From Candidatus Eiseniibacteriota bacterium (lineage in GTDB: Bacteria > Eisenbacteria > RBG-16-71-46 > JABDJR01): a DNA stretch of 64,000 nucleotides. This document shows, in pieces, positions 27,913 through 37,552 of the stretch. The stretch is from NCBI GenBank assembly GCA_963783375.1, contig CAWANH010000029.1, positions 320,001 to 384,000 on the forward strand. Direction: 5' to 3'. Numbering within the stretch: the stretch's first letter is position 1; each line of letters starts with the position of its first letter. A program made the translations under genes and the position numbers. The notes beneath the pieces were generated by a model. That model did no database searches. It had not been told where the DNA came from and saw nothing but the letters and a program-made list of their open reading frames with translations.

Positions 27913-29729
27913 CGCGCGGAACCGGGCTTCTCGCCGCCGCGCTGGTCCTTCTCATCGCGGGCCGGGCCGCCGCCGCGCTCCCCGGCTGGGATTCCTCGCG
28001 CTACCTGAGCGTGGACGACCTCCGGCCCGGGATGAAGGGCGTCGGCCGCTCGGTCTTCACCGGGACCGGCCCCGAGGACTTCGGCGTGGAGATCATCGGG
28101 GTCCTGCCCACGTCCACCCCCCGGCAGCGAATCATCCTGGCCCGCCTCTCCGGCCAGGGCCTGGAGAAGAGCGGGGTGGTGGCGGGCATGAGCGGAAGCC
28201 CGATCTATGTGGACGGGAAGCTGATCGGGGCGCTGGCCTACGGCTGGTCCTTCTCCACCGAGCCCATTACCGGGATCACTCCCATCGCCGACATGCTGGC
28301 CCTCGAGGGCCGGAGCGCCGCCCCGGCGGCGGCGGAGACGGGGCCCCCCATGTCGAAGCACGGCGCCATGGCCCCCCGCACCTGGGACGCGCTGTGGAAG
28401 GCGCGGGGTGAAGCCGCTCTCGACTTGTTGGCCCCGACCCGGCACGCGGACCCGGAGGGTCTGGCGCCGCTCCGGGTTCCGGTGGCGGTGGGAGGATTCG
28501 GACCGGCCTCGGGTTCCGCGGCGGGGGACCTCCTCGCCCGACTCGGGTTCCTGCCGGTGGCCGCCGGCGCCGGGGGCGTGGACCCGACGCTTCCCGACAC
28601 CCTGGGTCCGGGGAGCGCGGTGGGGGTGGAACTGGTGCGCGGCGACGCCCAGCTCGCGGCGATCGGCACCGTGACCTGGTCGGACGGAAAACGCGTTCTC
28701 GCCTTCGGCCACCCCATGATGAATCGCGGCGCCTCGGCCTATCCCATGACCGCCGCCCGCATCGTGGCCGTGATGCCCCGACTCTCCAGCTCGTTCAAGA
28801 TGGGGGTGGTGGGGCCCCCCCTGGGGGCGGTGACCCGCGATTATGAATCCGGAATCATGGGGGAGATGGGGCCGTCCCCGAGCATGATTCCCGTGGACGT
28901 GAACCTGAAGCTGGAAGGGCGTAGCGAGACCCTCCGTTTCCAGATCCTCGACGCGGAGGGACTCACCCCCGCCCTGGCCGGCCTGGTGGCGTCGAGCGGG
29001 ATGGAATCGGTGAACCGCTCCCAGGGGGCGGTGACCGTGGCCACCACCATCGCCCTCACCCTGGGCGACGGCCGTCGGGTGGAGACCCGGAGCGTGGGGG
29101 CGGGGTTCAGCCCGCCCACGGAGATCGCGGGGGACGTGGGACGCCTGGTGGGGCTCGTCTATGGAAATCCCTTCGAGCCGGTGTCCCTGGCCAGGGTCGA
29201 GGTGACCGGATCGGTCCAGGACAGCATCGAGGCCGCGTTCCTGGAGGGAGTTTCCATCGGCTCGGGGCCGTACCACCCGGGCTCCCGGGTGCCGGTCGAT
29301 GTCCGGCTCCGTGACTATCGGGGGCGTACCTGGACCCATCACACCGGGATCTCCATTCCCGCCGACCTCCCTCCCGGAACCTACCGTCTCGCCGCCTGCG
29401 ACGGGCAGACGGATTTCCGGCAGGAATCCGCGCGGGCCCCCGACCGCTACCAGCCCCGCAGCCTGGACCGTCTCCTGTCCATCCTCGGCGAGGAGACCCC
29501 CTACGACGTTCTCGTCCTGAGGCTCTTCGCCGCCGAGGGGAACCCGGTGGTCGCGGGAAGGGAACTCCCGAGGCTCCCGGCTTCGCTTCGCGCCGCGGTG
29601 ACCTCGCCGCCGGCCGGCGGGCGGGTGAGCCGGACCGCGGCATCGGTGGTGGCGACCGAGCGTGAGAACATGGGGAAGATGATCCTGGGTTGCGAATCCC
29701 TATCCGTCGCGGTGGAACCGCGCCGATGA
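27909..29729 (+). CDS. SpoIVB-like peptidase S55 domain protein
   Basis: LRPGMKGVGRSVFTG, VVAGMSGSPIYVDGKLIGALAY, AIGTVT, LAFGHPM; signal peptide. Confidence 0.88.
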   Translation: MTRGTGLLAAALVLLIAGRAAAALPGWDSSRYLSVDDLRPGMKGVGRSVFTGTGPEDFGVEIIGVLPTSTPRQRIILARLSGQGLEKSGVVAGMSGSPIYVDGKLIGALAYGWSFSTEPITGITPIADMLALEGRSAAPAAAETGPPMSKHGAMAPRTWDALWKARGEAALDLLAPTRHADPEGLAPLRVPVAVGGFGPASGSAAGDLLARLGFLPVAAGAGGVDPTLPDTLGPGSAVGVELVRGDAQLAAIGTVTWSDGKRVLAFGHPMMNRGASAYPMTAARIVAVMPRLSSSFKMGVVGPPLGAVTRDYESGIMGEMGPSPSMIPVDVNLKLEGRSETLRFQILDAEGLTPALAGLVASSGMESVNRSQGAVTVATTIALTLGDGRRVETRSVGAGFSPPTEIAGDVGRLVGLVYGNPFEPVSLARVEVTGSVQDSIEAAFLEGVSIGSGPYHPGSRVPVDVRLRDYRGRTWTHHTGISIPADLPPGTYRLAACDGQTDFRQESARAPDRYQPRSLDRLLSILGEETPYDVLVLRLFAAEGNPVVAGRELPRLPASLRAAVTSPPAGGRVSRTAASVVATERENMGKMILGCESLSVAVEPRR

Positions 29730-31822
29730 CTTCCGAACCGCTGGGAGAAGGCATGCCATCGAGAATCCGTTTCATCGTTTTCCTCCTGGCCGCTCTCACC
29801 GTGACCGCGGCGGATCGGGCCGTCGCGGTGTCCCCGGAGACCTGGCGGGTCACCGGGGTGACCGGCTGGGGCGGAGCCCGGCGCGATTCGGTCGGGGTGA
29901 CCAGCGAGGGCTCGATCGGGCTCTCCATGGCCTCGATCCGGGTCGAGGGCCTGGACGCGACCACGGTTTGGGACCTCCTCCCCGACGGAGACGGAGTCCT
30001 GGCCGCCACCGGGGACGGGGGGAAGCTCTACCGCATCGACGCCTCCGGGAAGGCGCGCGAGGTCGCTCACGTGGTCCAGCCGGAGATCACGAGCCTGGGG
30101 CGGGACGGGAGAGGCAACGTGCTCCTGGGGACCTCTCCGGACGGGGTGGTGTACCGCCTGGAAGGCGGAAAGGCGGTTCCCCTGGCCGACACCCCCGAGA
30201 CCTACATCTGGCGCATCCTTCCCCTCTCCGGTGAGAGCGCCCTGGTGGCCGCCGGCGACGCTGGGAAGATCTACCGCATCCGGGGCCGGAACGAGGTGGA
30301 GCTCTTCGCCGATCTCGGGGCCACCCACGTCACCGGCCTGGAAGCGGACGCCGACGGTTATCTGGCCACCACCGAGTCTCCGGGACGCCTGGTGCGACTC
30401 GATCAGGACGGTAAGAGCACCGTGCTCTACGAGGCCGATGAGCCCGAGCTTCGCTCCCCCCTCGTCCGCCCCGACGGGACGGTGTATTTCCTGGCCAACC
30501 CCGCCGACGCCAAGGGAGCGGGCAAGCTCTACCGGCGAAATCCATCCGGAGGCGTGGAGACGGTGTGGACCACCCTCTCCGGCTTCGCCTACCGGTTGGG
30601 GGCGGGGGAGGACGGGAGCCTGTGGGTGACCACCGGCTCGGACAGCGGAAAGGGCTCGGTGGTCCAGGTCATGCCCGGCCCGCCTTCCACCTGGCGGGAA
30701 TGGGTGGGGGTGGCCGAACCCCAGGTCCTCTGCGCCATCTTCGACGGCCCGGGGCGCCGGTGGCTGGGGACGGGGGGACAGGGCGCGGTCTACCGGCTCC
30801 CCGGAGCGGGGGCGGACCACGGCCTGGTGACCAGCGATCCCGAGGACGCCGGGGGCGTCGCGCGTTGGGGCGCCCTCTCCCTGGAGCCGGGACGGAGCCT
30901 CGGCAAGGTGAAGCCGGAGACCCGAAGCGGCAACACCTCCACCCCCGACGACACATGGAGTCCGTGGACCGCGGTCGAACTGAACGATCTTCGCGGGCCG
31001 GTGCGGAGCCCCCCCGCCCGGTTTCTCCAGTGGCGGCTGACCCTCGACGATCCGACCACCCGGGTGGACGGGGTTCGGGTCATCTACCTCCCGGCCAACC
31101 TGGCCCCCCGGGTGAACGATGTCCAGGTGGCCGAGCTCGGAAACGACTACAACCTGAGCTGGGACCGGGGCCAGCCCGCATCATTGACCCAGGACCTCCC
31201 CGGTGGGGTGCACGTGGAGTTCCAGGTCCCCGGCGCCCGGTCCTCGAACCTTCCCGCCGCCGACGAACAGGCGGCCTGGGCCCGCCGCTACCGCGCGGTG
31301 ACCTGGAAGGCTGACGACCCCAACGACGATGAGCTTCGCTTCCGTCTGGAGATCCGGACCCCCGATGAGGACGGCTGGAAGCCCCTGGCCGGGGATCTCA
31401 CCGCGTCGCCCTGGGTCTGGGACAGCTCCACCGTTCCCGACGGCTGGTACGTGCTGCGGCTCACCGCCTCGGATCGGGCGGTGAATCCCCCCGCATCCGC
31501 GGACAGCGCCACCGGAGTCACCGAGCCCTTCCTGGTCGACAACACCCCGCCCGCGGTGCTCGATCTCGCGGTCAAGGGGGGGGCGCTCACCGGACGGGCG
31601 TCCGACGCCACCAGCCCGCTCAAGAAACTCGAGGTGGCGGTGGACGGTGGGGACTGGGAGCGGATCTTCCCCGCCGACGGCATTCCCGACATGCCCACGG
31701 AGACGATTCGCACCGAGCTGGCTCCGTTCAACCTGAAGCCCGGGGATCACGTGATGCTGGTCCGGGCGGTGGACGACGCGGGGAACACCGGGATGGGCCG
31801 GGTGAGCTTCAGGACTCCATGA
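29726..31822 (+). CDS. Secreted beta-propeller plus Ig/FN3-like protein (SpoIVB companion)
   Basis: Repeats ATGDGGKLYRI / GTSPDGVVYRL / AAGDAGKIYRI; TRSGNTSTPDDTWSPW, SPPARFLQWR, VDNTPP; alternative start 29753. Confidence 0.75.
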   Translation: MTSEPLGEGMPSRIRFIVFLLAALTVTAADRAVAVSPETWRVTGVTGWGGARRDSVGVTSEGSIGLSMASIRVEGLDATTVWDLLPDGDGVLAATGDGGKLYRIDASGKAREVAHVVQPEITSLGRDGRGNVLLGTSPDGVVYRLEGGKAVPLADTPETYIWRILPLSGESALVAAGDAGKIYRIRGRNEVELFADLGATHVTGLEADADGYLATTESPGRLVRLDQDGKSTVLYEADEPELRSPLVRPDGTVYFLANPADAKGAGKLYRRNPSGGVETVWTTLSGFAYRLGAGEDGSLWVTTGSDSGKGSVVQVMPGPPSTWREWVGVAEPQVLCAIFDGPGRRWLGTGGQGAVYRLPGAGADHGLVTSDPEDAGGVARWGALSLEPGRSLGKVKPETRSGNTSTPDDTWSPWTAVELNDLRGPVRSPPARFLQWRLTLDDPTTRVDGVRVIYLPANLAPRVNDVQVAELGNDYNLSWDRGQPASLTQDLPGGVHVEFQVPGARSSNLPAADEQAAWARRYRAVTWKADDPNDDELRFRLEIRTPDEDGWKPLAGDLTASPWVWDSSTVPDGWYVLRLTASDRAVNPPASADSATGVTEPFLVDNTPPAVLDLAVKGGALTGRASDATSPLKKLEVAVDGGDWERIFPADGIPDMPTETIRTELAPFNLKPGDHVMLVRAVDDAGNTGMGRVSFRTP

Positions 31823-32850
31823 GCGCGCTTCGGATCGCGATCCTGGGGGCCACCGGCGCGGTGGGTCGGGAGATGTGGCGGATCGTCGAAGCCGCGGACG
31901 TGCCGGTGTCCGAGATTCGCGCCTACACCTCGTACCGTTCCGAGGGCACGGTGCTCTCGTTCCGGGGGGAGCCGGTCACCTGCCGGGCCTTGAGCGACGC
32001 TTCGTTCGCTCCCGTCGACCTGGTGCTGGCCTCGGCGGGTGCGGCGGCCAGCCGCGAGTGGTCTCCCCGGTTCGCGGCGGCGGGGGCGGTGGTGGTGGAC
32101 AACTCCAGCGCGTTCCGGAACGACCCCGCGTCCCCCCTGGTGGTGCCGGAGGTGAACGCCGACGAGCTCGACGCCGCGGCCACCGTGGTGGCCAATCCGA
32201 ACTGCTCGACCATCCAGATGGTGGTGGCCCTGGCCCCCCTTCACCGGGCGTGGGGGCTGACCGTGGTGCGGGTGGCCACCTATCAATCGGTGTCCGGAGC
32301 GGGGGCGCGGGCCATGGACGAGCTTCGCACCGGATCCCGCCGGGCCCTGGAGGGGGAGGAGGATTCCGCCGGGGTGTTCCCACATCCCATTGCGTTCAAT
32401 GCACTCCCTCAGATCGGCGCCTTCGATGAGAACGGTGAGAGCCAGGAGGAGATCAAGATGCGCAATGAAACCCGGCGCATCCTGGGGCTTCCGGACCTCC
32501 GGTTGAGCGCGACCTGTGTCCGGGTGCCGGTGTTCCGGGGGCACAGCGAGGCGGTCTGGGCCGGCTTCCGCGAGAAACCGGATCCGAGGCGGGCCCGGGA
32601 GCTCATGGCCGCCGCCGGGGTCACGGTGGTGGATGACCCCGCGGCCTCCGGCTATCCGCTGGCCCGCGCCGCCGCCGGCCGCGACGACGTCTTCGCGGGG
32701 CGGGTGCGCCGGGATCCCGCCGACTCCAGCGGCTTGTCCCTCTGGGTGGTTTCGGACAATCTTCTGAAGGGCGCGGCCACCAATGCCTGGCAGATCGCCC
32801 GGGTCCTGATGGAGCGCGGCCTGGTCCCCCGAAAGAGGCGGGGAGCATGA
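31819..32850 (+). CDS. asd: Aspartate-semialdehyde dehydrogenase
   Basis: GATGAVG, DNSSAFR, VVPEVN, ANPNCSTIQ, TYQSVSGAG, CVRVPVFRGHSE, DNLLKGAATNA. Confidence 0.97.
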   Translation: MSALRIAILGATGAVGREMWRIVEAADVPVSEIRAYTSYRSEGTVLSFRGEPVTCRALSDASFAPVDLVLASAGAAASREWSPRFAAAGAVVVDNSSAFRNDPASPLVVPEVNADELDAAATVVANPNCSTIQMVVALAPLHRAWGLTVVRVATYQSVSGAGARAMDELRTGSRRALEGEEDSAGVFPHPIAFNALPQIGAFDENGESQEEIKMRNETRRILGLPDLRLSATCVRVPVFRGHSEAVWAGFREKPDPRRARELMAAAGVTVVDDPAASGYPLARAAAGRDDVFAGRVRRDPADSSGLSLWVVSDNLLKGAATNAWQIARVLMERGLVPRKRRGA

Positions 32851-33563
32851 ACCTTTCGATCATCGTGGTGGGAGCGGCCGGCCGGATGGGGGGAACCATC
32901 GTCGAGCTGGCGGGGGAGGAAGGAATCGAGGTCGCGGCGCGGGTGGACCGCCGGCCCCCGGCGGGAGCGCCGGGATGGTTCGCCGCGATCGAGGCGGCGT
33001 TGGCCGCGGCTCCCGAGGCGGTGGTGGTGGACGTCTCCTCGGCCGAGGGCGCGACGGCCCGGGTGGACGCGGTGCGGGCGGCGGGACATCCCCTGGTGGA
33101 GGGGACCACCGCCCTGGGCCCCGAGGCCGAGTCGGCCCTGAGCCGCGCCGCGGAGACGGTTCCGGTGGTGGTGGCCCCGAATTTCGGACCGGGGATCGCC
33201 CTGCTTCGCCGGGCCCTGGGAGACATTCTTGCCGCCGCCGGTCCTCGCTGGGACGTGGCGATCCTCGACCGCCACCACCGGATGAAACAGGACGCGCCGA
33301 GCGGCACCGCGAAGCTCCTGGCGCAGGCGGTGGGCGAGCGGGGAGTCGAGGCCTCGGTGGCCTCCTTCCGCCAGGGAGGCGTGGTGGGTGAGCACGCCGT
33401 CCACCTGAGCGCCGACGACGAGGAACTGGTGCTCACCCATCGCGCGTTCAGCCGCCGGGCCTTCGCCCGGGGGGCGATTCTGGCCTCCCGGTTCGCGGCG
33501 GGGGCCGCGCCGGGGCGCTACGGCATGGACCACGTGCTCGGCCTGGACGTTCCCGGCGCCTGA
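32847..33563 (+). CDS. dapB: 4-hydroxy-tetrahydrodipicolinate reductase
   Basis: GAAGRMG, GTT, APNFGPG, HHRMKQDAPSGTA, VVGEH, HRAFSRRAFARGA. Confidence 0.93.
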   Translation: MNLSIIVVGAAGRMGGTIVELAGEEGIEVAARVDRRPPAGAPGWFAAIEAALAAAPEAVVVDVSSAEGATARVDAVRAAGHPLVEGTTALGPEAESALSRAAETVPVVVAPNFGPGIALLRRALGDILAAAGPRWDVAILDRHHRMKQDAPSGTAKLLAQAVGERGVEASVASFRQGGVVGEHAVHLSADDEELVLTHRAFSRRAFARGAILASRFAAGAAPGRYGMDHVLGLDVPGA

Positions 33564-33650
33564 CCGGTGGGGAAGCCGGCGGCGGGATCCGGGCGGGCGA
33601 GGGGCGTCCGCCGGGGGAACCGGCCCGCGCCGCATCCGGGGTAGGAGGTC

Positions 33651-35006
33651 GTGTCCTTGAGTCTCTTCGCCTGGAGCACGCGCCGGGTGATCGCCCCCCT
33701 CTGGGCGTGGTGGGAGGGCTCGCCCTATCTCCGGGTGGCCGCCCGCCTGGAGCGCGACCGCTCCCTCTCCGCCGCGGAGCGCGCCACCCGCCAGCTTGCC
33801 GGGCTTCGGAGCATCCTGGCTCATGCCGCCCGCGTCCCTTTCTACCGCGATCGATTCCGGGCGGCCGGGTTCGAGCCCGGGGATCTGCGCGGCCTGGACG
33901 ATCTCCGCGGACTGCCGGTCCTCACCAAGGCGGACATTCGCGCTCACTCCGAAGCCCTCCGCTCCCCGGACGTGCCGCCCGAGAAGCTGGAGCCCCGGAA
34001 GACCTCCGGATCCACCGGAGTCTCCCTTCGCTTCGCGGTGGATGCCGATTCCGTGCAGTGGAAGCGGGGGGTGGCGCTCTGGCGCGACGGATGGACCGGT
34101 TGGCGGTTGGGGGAGCCCCGGGCGATGGTCTGGGGAAATCCCGTGCTTCCGACGAACCGGCGGGAGGCGCTCTGGAACCTCCTCCTCGACCGGCAGTTCT
34201 ACCTCGACACCCTCCAGATGGACGAGGCGGCCATGGGCGCCTTCGCCGCGGAGATCCTCCGGCGCCGCCCCACCCTGTTGTTCGGTCACGCCCACTCGCT
34301 CCACCGGTTCGCGTTGCACTGGCGCGAGAGCGGCCGGCCGGCCTACCGGTTCCGGGGCGTGATCAGCACCGCCATGGTGCTCCACGAATTCGAACGGCGG
34401 CAGGTGGAGGAGACGTTCTCCACCCGGATCTTCGACCGCTACGGATGCGAGGAGGTGAGCCTCATCGCCAGCGAGTGCGAGGCGCACCTTGGGCTTCACC
34501 AGAACACCGACAGCCTGGTGGTCGAGGTGGTCGAGGACGTTCCCGGCACCGGAGAGGGGAAGGTGGTGGTGACCGACCTCACCAACCGGGGAATGCCGTT
34601 CATCCGGTACGAGGTCGGGGATCGCGCCGTCCCGGCTCCCGATGGCCCGTGTCCCTGCGGCCGGAGCTACCCGCGCCTGGCCCGGGTGGCCGGGCGGGTG
34701 GCCGACTATCTCCGGACCCCGGAGGGTCGCCTGGTCTCGGGCATCTCCCTCACCGAGAACTTCGCCACCCTGATTCCGGGGGTGGCCCAGGTGCAGATCG
34801 TCCAGGATGCCCCCGACCATCTGCGGCTCCGGATGGTCCGGGCGCCCGATTACGACGCAACGTCGACCCGGCGGATCGCGGAGCTGGTGGCCGAGCGCTT
34901 CGGCCCGGCCATGCGCCACCGGATCGAGCCGGTGGACCGCATCGATCCCGATCCCTCCGGCAAGTACCGCTTCGCCATCTACGCGGTGGGAGAGGACGGG
35001 AGGTAG
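33651..35006 (+). CDS. Phenylacetate-CoA ligase family protein (CapK-like)
   Basis: VPFYRDRF, LPVLTK, TSGSTG, DRYGCEE, TDLTNRGMPFIRYEVGD, GRVAD, SGKYR; SD AGGAGG. Confidence 0.88.
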   Translation: MSLSLFAWSTRRVIAPLWAWWEGSPYLRVAARLERDRSLSAAERATRQLAGLRSILAHAARVPFYRDRFRAAGFEPGDLRGLDDLRGLPVLTKADIRAHSEALRSPDVPPEKLEPRKTSGSTGVSLRFAVDADSVQWKRGVALWRDGWTGWRLGEPRAMVWGNPVLPTNRREALWNLLLDRQFYLDTLQMDEAAMGAFAAEILRRRPTLLFGHAHSLHRFALHWRESGRPAYRFRGVISTAMVLHEFERRQVEETFSTRIFDRYGCEEVSLIASECEAHLGLHQNTDSLVVEVVEDVPGTGEGKVVVTDLTNRGMPFIRYEVGDRAVPAPDGPCPCGRSYPRLARVAGRVADYLRTPEGRLVSGISLTENFATLIPGVAQVQIVQDAPDHLRLRMVRAPDYDATSTRRIAELVAERFGPAMRHRIEPVDRIDPDPSGKYRFAIYAVGEDGR

Positions 35007-35034
35007 CTCCTCCGGTCCTCGCGGTCCGTCCCGC

Positions 35035-35961
35035 TCACCCCCGGCCGGCCGGCCCGCGGAGCCGGCGCCAGAGCGCGTTGCGGAGCCGGTAGATCGCCCA
35101 CGCCGAACGGTCGCGGACGTTGAAGGCGTGCTCCGCCTCGAGCGCCCGCCGGTAGGCGAGGGCGGTGTCGTCCTGGCCCCAGCGCAGGAACTCCCGGAGC
35201 CGCCGTTTCTTCCCGAGCAGCACGCGGGCCTCGGCCGGGAGGGGGAGCGCGATGCCTTCCCGCGCCGCCGCCGCCGCGCACTTGGTGAAGCAGAGTGCGT
35301 CGTAGCGCATGTTCTCCGCGGCGTCGGTGGTCTGGCTGAGGGACCGCGCGTGCACCCGCCGCCGACAGAGGCTCTCGGCCAGGCAGGAGACCGGGAAGAG
35401 CATGGCCAGGCGGAGCCAGCACTCGAAGTCCTCCTTCCGTCGCATGGTCTCGTCGAAGAGACCGGCCCGTGCCAGGGCCTCGCGGCGAACGAACACCGTC
35501 GAAGGGGGAATTGCGAACGCGTCGAGATAGAGGGCCTCGAATACTCGTTCCGCCGATCGCCGGGGGAAGGGGCGCGGGGCGCCGCGGGGGACCAGGCGCT
35601 CGTCGCAGTCGGTGACCCGGGTGTACGAGAGCCCGAGGCCGGGGTGGCCGGCGAACTCCTCGCGCTGGCAGGCGACCATCTCCGGCTCCCAGGCGTCGTC
35701 CGCGTCCAGGAAGCCCACCACCTCCGCCTCGGAGGCCCGGACACCGGTGTTCCGGGCGGCGGGAAGCCCCCGGTTCCGGTCGTGGCGGAGGACCTCGATC
35801 CGCCCCGCAAATCCGGCCAGGATCTCCGGGGTGCGGTCGGTCGAGGCGTCGTCCACCACCAGCACCCGGTCCACCGGGTGCGTCTGATCGAGGACCGAGG
35901 CCACCGCCTCGGCCACCCAGGCCTCGCCGTTGAACACCGGAATCACCGCGTCCACCTTCAT
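35035..35961 (-). CDS. Glycosyltransferase family 2
   Basis: VIPVFNG, VDDASTD, NRGLPAARNTG, FLDADD, GLFDE, EDFECWLR. Confidence 0.92.
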   Translation of the reverse strand: MKVDAVIPVFNGEAWVAEAVASVLDQTHPVDRVLVVDDASTDRTPEILAGFAGRIEVLRHDRNRGLPAARNTGVRASEAEVVGFLDADDAWEPEMVACQREEFAGHPGLGLSYTRVTDCDERLVPRGAPRPFPRRSAERVFEALYLDAFAIPPSTVFVRREALARAGLFDETMRRKEDFECWLRLAMLFPVSCLAESLCRRRVHARSLSQTTDAAENMRYDALCFTKCAAAAAREGIALPLPAEARVLLGKKRRLREFLRWGQDDTALAYRRALEAEHAFNVRDRSAWAIYRLRNALWRRLRGPAGRG

Positions 35962-35971
35962 GCTCGCCTCA

Positions 35972-37486
35972 TCATGTCCGGCGGAGGAGCCCCCCGACCA
36001 GGGCTTGCCGCTCGCGTTCCTTCAGGGCCAGGAACCAGGCCGAGACCAGGTAGATCGTTGCCGAGATCGCGGCTTGCCCGGCCAGGGCCACGTAGCCCTC
36101 GGGAAGCCAGATCCACCGCAGCCCGTAGAGCGTTCCCCCGGTGAGGGCGAGAGGGATGGTGAACCGGAAGACGGTTTCGGTGAGGTGGAGGCGGATGGAG
36201 ACGTGAATGGCCCGGCAGGCCATGACCAGGAACACCCCCGAGGTGGTTCCGGCGCACAGGGTCACCGACAGCGCGATCCCGCTCACCCCGAACCCACGGG
36301 CCAGGGGAATCGAGAGGAGCACGTTCACCACCGCCAGGCCGAGGGCGATCCAGGCGGCCCGCCCGTGCCGTCCGAGGCTCACCAGGAGCTGGCCGGCGTT
36401 GGGGGCGATCCAGTCCAGGAACAGCGCCACGGCCAGGATGCGGATCACCATCTCTCCCTCCTCGGCGTAGGATGGGCCCATCCAGCGCCGGATGAATGGG
36501 GCTCCCAGGGCGAACACCACCGGGGGGATCCACAGGAGCGCGAACTGCAGGGTTCGGCTGAAGCCGAACCAGGCGTACCGGGTCGCCTCCTCGTCCTTGC
36601 TTCCGGAGAGGGCGCTGAAGTAGGGCATGAGGGGAAATCCCAGGTAGCCGGCCAGATACTGGGCGTACTCGGTGAGCCGGCTGGGGATGGCGTAGAAGAC
36701 GACCCGCCCCACCCCGAGCACGTGGGCGATCACCAGGGGCATGGTCTGCTTCCGCACCCGCACCGCCACCATGAGGAGAAAGCTCTTGAGCCCGAACCCG
36801 TAGAGCTCCCGGAGCACGGTGCGGGAGAAGTGCGAGGGGTAGGGCTTAAGCCCCGCGTCCAGGGTGAGGACGAGGAACCCGAAGTAGGCGTATTCCACCA
36901 CCGCGGCCACCAGGTAGATTCCGGCCATCCACAACAATCCCGGACCCGGCCAGCGGGTGAGGGCCAGGTACATGACGAGGCTCTGGACCGCGATGAGTAC
37001 CATCCGGGAGCCGTTCACCAGGTAGTGGCGCTGGTACCCCATGAGGTAGCCGACCACGACCGCTCCCGGAAGCTGGAGGAAGAGCGTGGCCCCCATGATC
37101 AGGAAGAGCGCGGCCAGGTTCGACACCGCTCCGGGCTCGAGGTTCAGCACCGCTTCCGGCCGGAGGGAGAGGACGGCGATGATCACGAAGCTCACGGTCC
37201 CGGCGGCGATCAGGGTGTAGAAGGCCGAGGTGAAGACCTGGGCGGTGCGCTCCCGGTCCTCCTGGGACGCGGCCATCGCCACGTAGCGGACGATGGCCGG
37301 GGAGAGCCCGAACTCCAGGACGCTGAGGTAGCCGACCAGGCTCAACATGATGTCCCAAATGCCGTAGTTTTGATTGCCGAGTTCCCGCACAATGACGGGG
37401 CTCAGGAAGAAGGCCACCGCGACGTTCACCGCGTAGAGCGCGGTGCCGGAGACGGAGTTCAAGAGGATCCGTCGCTTGGTGTCCAA
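35972..37486 (-). CDS. Oligosaccharide flippase (Wzx/MOP family)
   Basis: About 14 TMs; FFLSPVIVRELGNQNYGIW, LEFGLSPAIVRYVA, FIRRWMGPSY; TTG start with SD GGAGA. Confidence 0.88.
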   Translation of the reverse strand: MDTKRRILLNSVSGTALYAVNVAVAFFLSPVIVRELGNQNYGIWDIMLSLVGYLSVLEFGLSPAIVRYVAMAASQEDRERTAQVFTSAFYTLIAAGTVSFVIIAVLSLRPEAVLNLEPGAVSNLAALFLIMGATLFLQLPGAVVVGYLMGYQRHYLVNGSRMVLIAVQSLVMYLALTRWPGPGLLWMAGIYLVAAVVEYAYFGFLVLTLDAGLKPYPSHFSRTVLRELYGFGLKSFLLMVAVRVRKQTMPLVIAHVLGVGRVVFYAIPSRLTEYAQYLAGYLGFPLMPYFSALSGSKDEEATRYAWFGFSRTLQFALLWIPPVVFALGAPFIRRWMGPSYAEEGEMVIRILAVALFLDWIAPNAGQLLVSLGRHGRAAWIALGLAVVNVLLSIPLARGFGVSGIALSVTLCAGTTSGVFLVMACRAIHVSIRLHLTETVFRFTIPLALTGGTLYGLRWIWLPEGYVALAGQAAISATIYLVSAWFLALKERERQALVGGLLRRT

Positions 37487-37552
37487 TCAGGCTCTCCCGC
37501 GGGTTGTCCGGTGGCGCACGTGACCGGACATGGCATACGGTACGAGGTCGGA

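Noticed and set aside
27909-29729. Sporulation system inferred from SpoIVB
   Set aside because: No other sporulation genes, diderm envelope genes all around, and S55 domains occur in non-sporulating phyla
32652-35810. Very long antisense or alternative-frame ORFs (e.g. 1052 aa here, also 7126-9630, 19304-21172, 25903-27813)
   Set aside because: Shadow ORFs expected at high GC; they overlap well-supported genes and are Arg/Gly/Pro-rich without motifs
37531-37546. TGGCAT as a sigma54 promoter (also a CGGCAT on the minus strand near 54094)
   Set aside because: No GC at the required GG-N10 position
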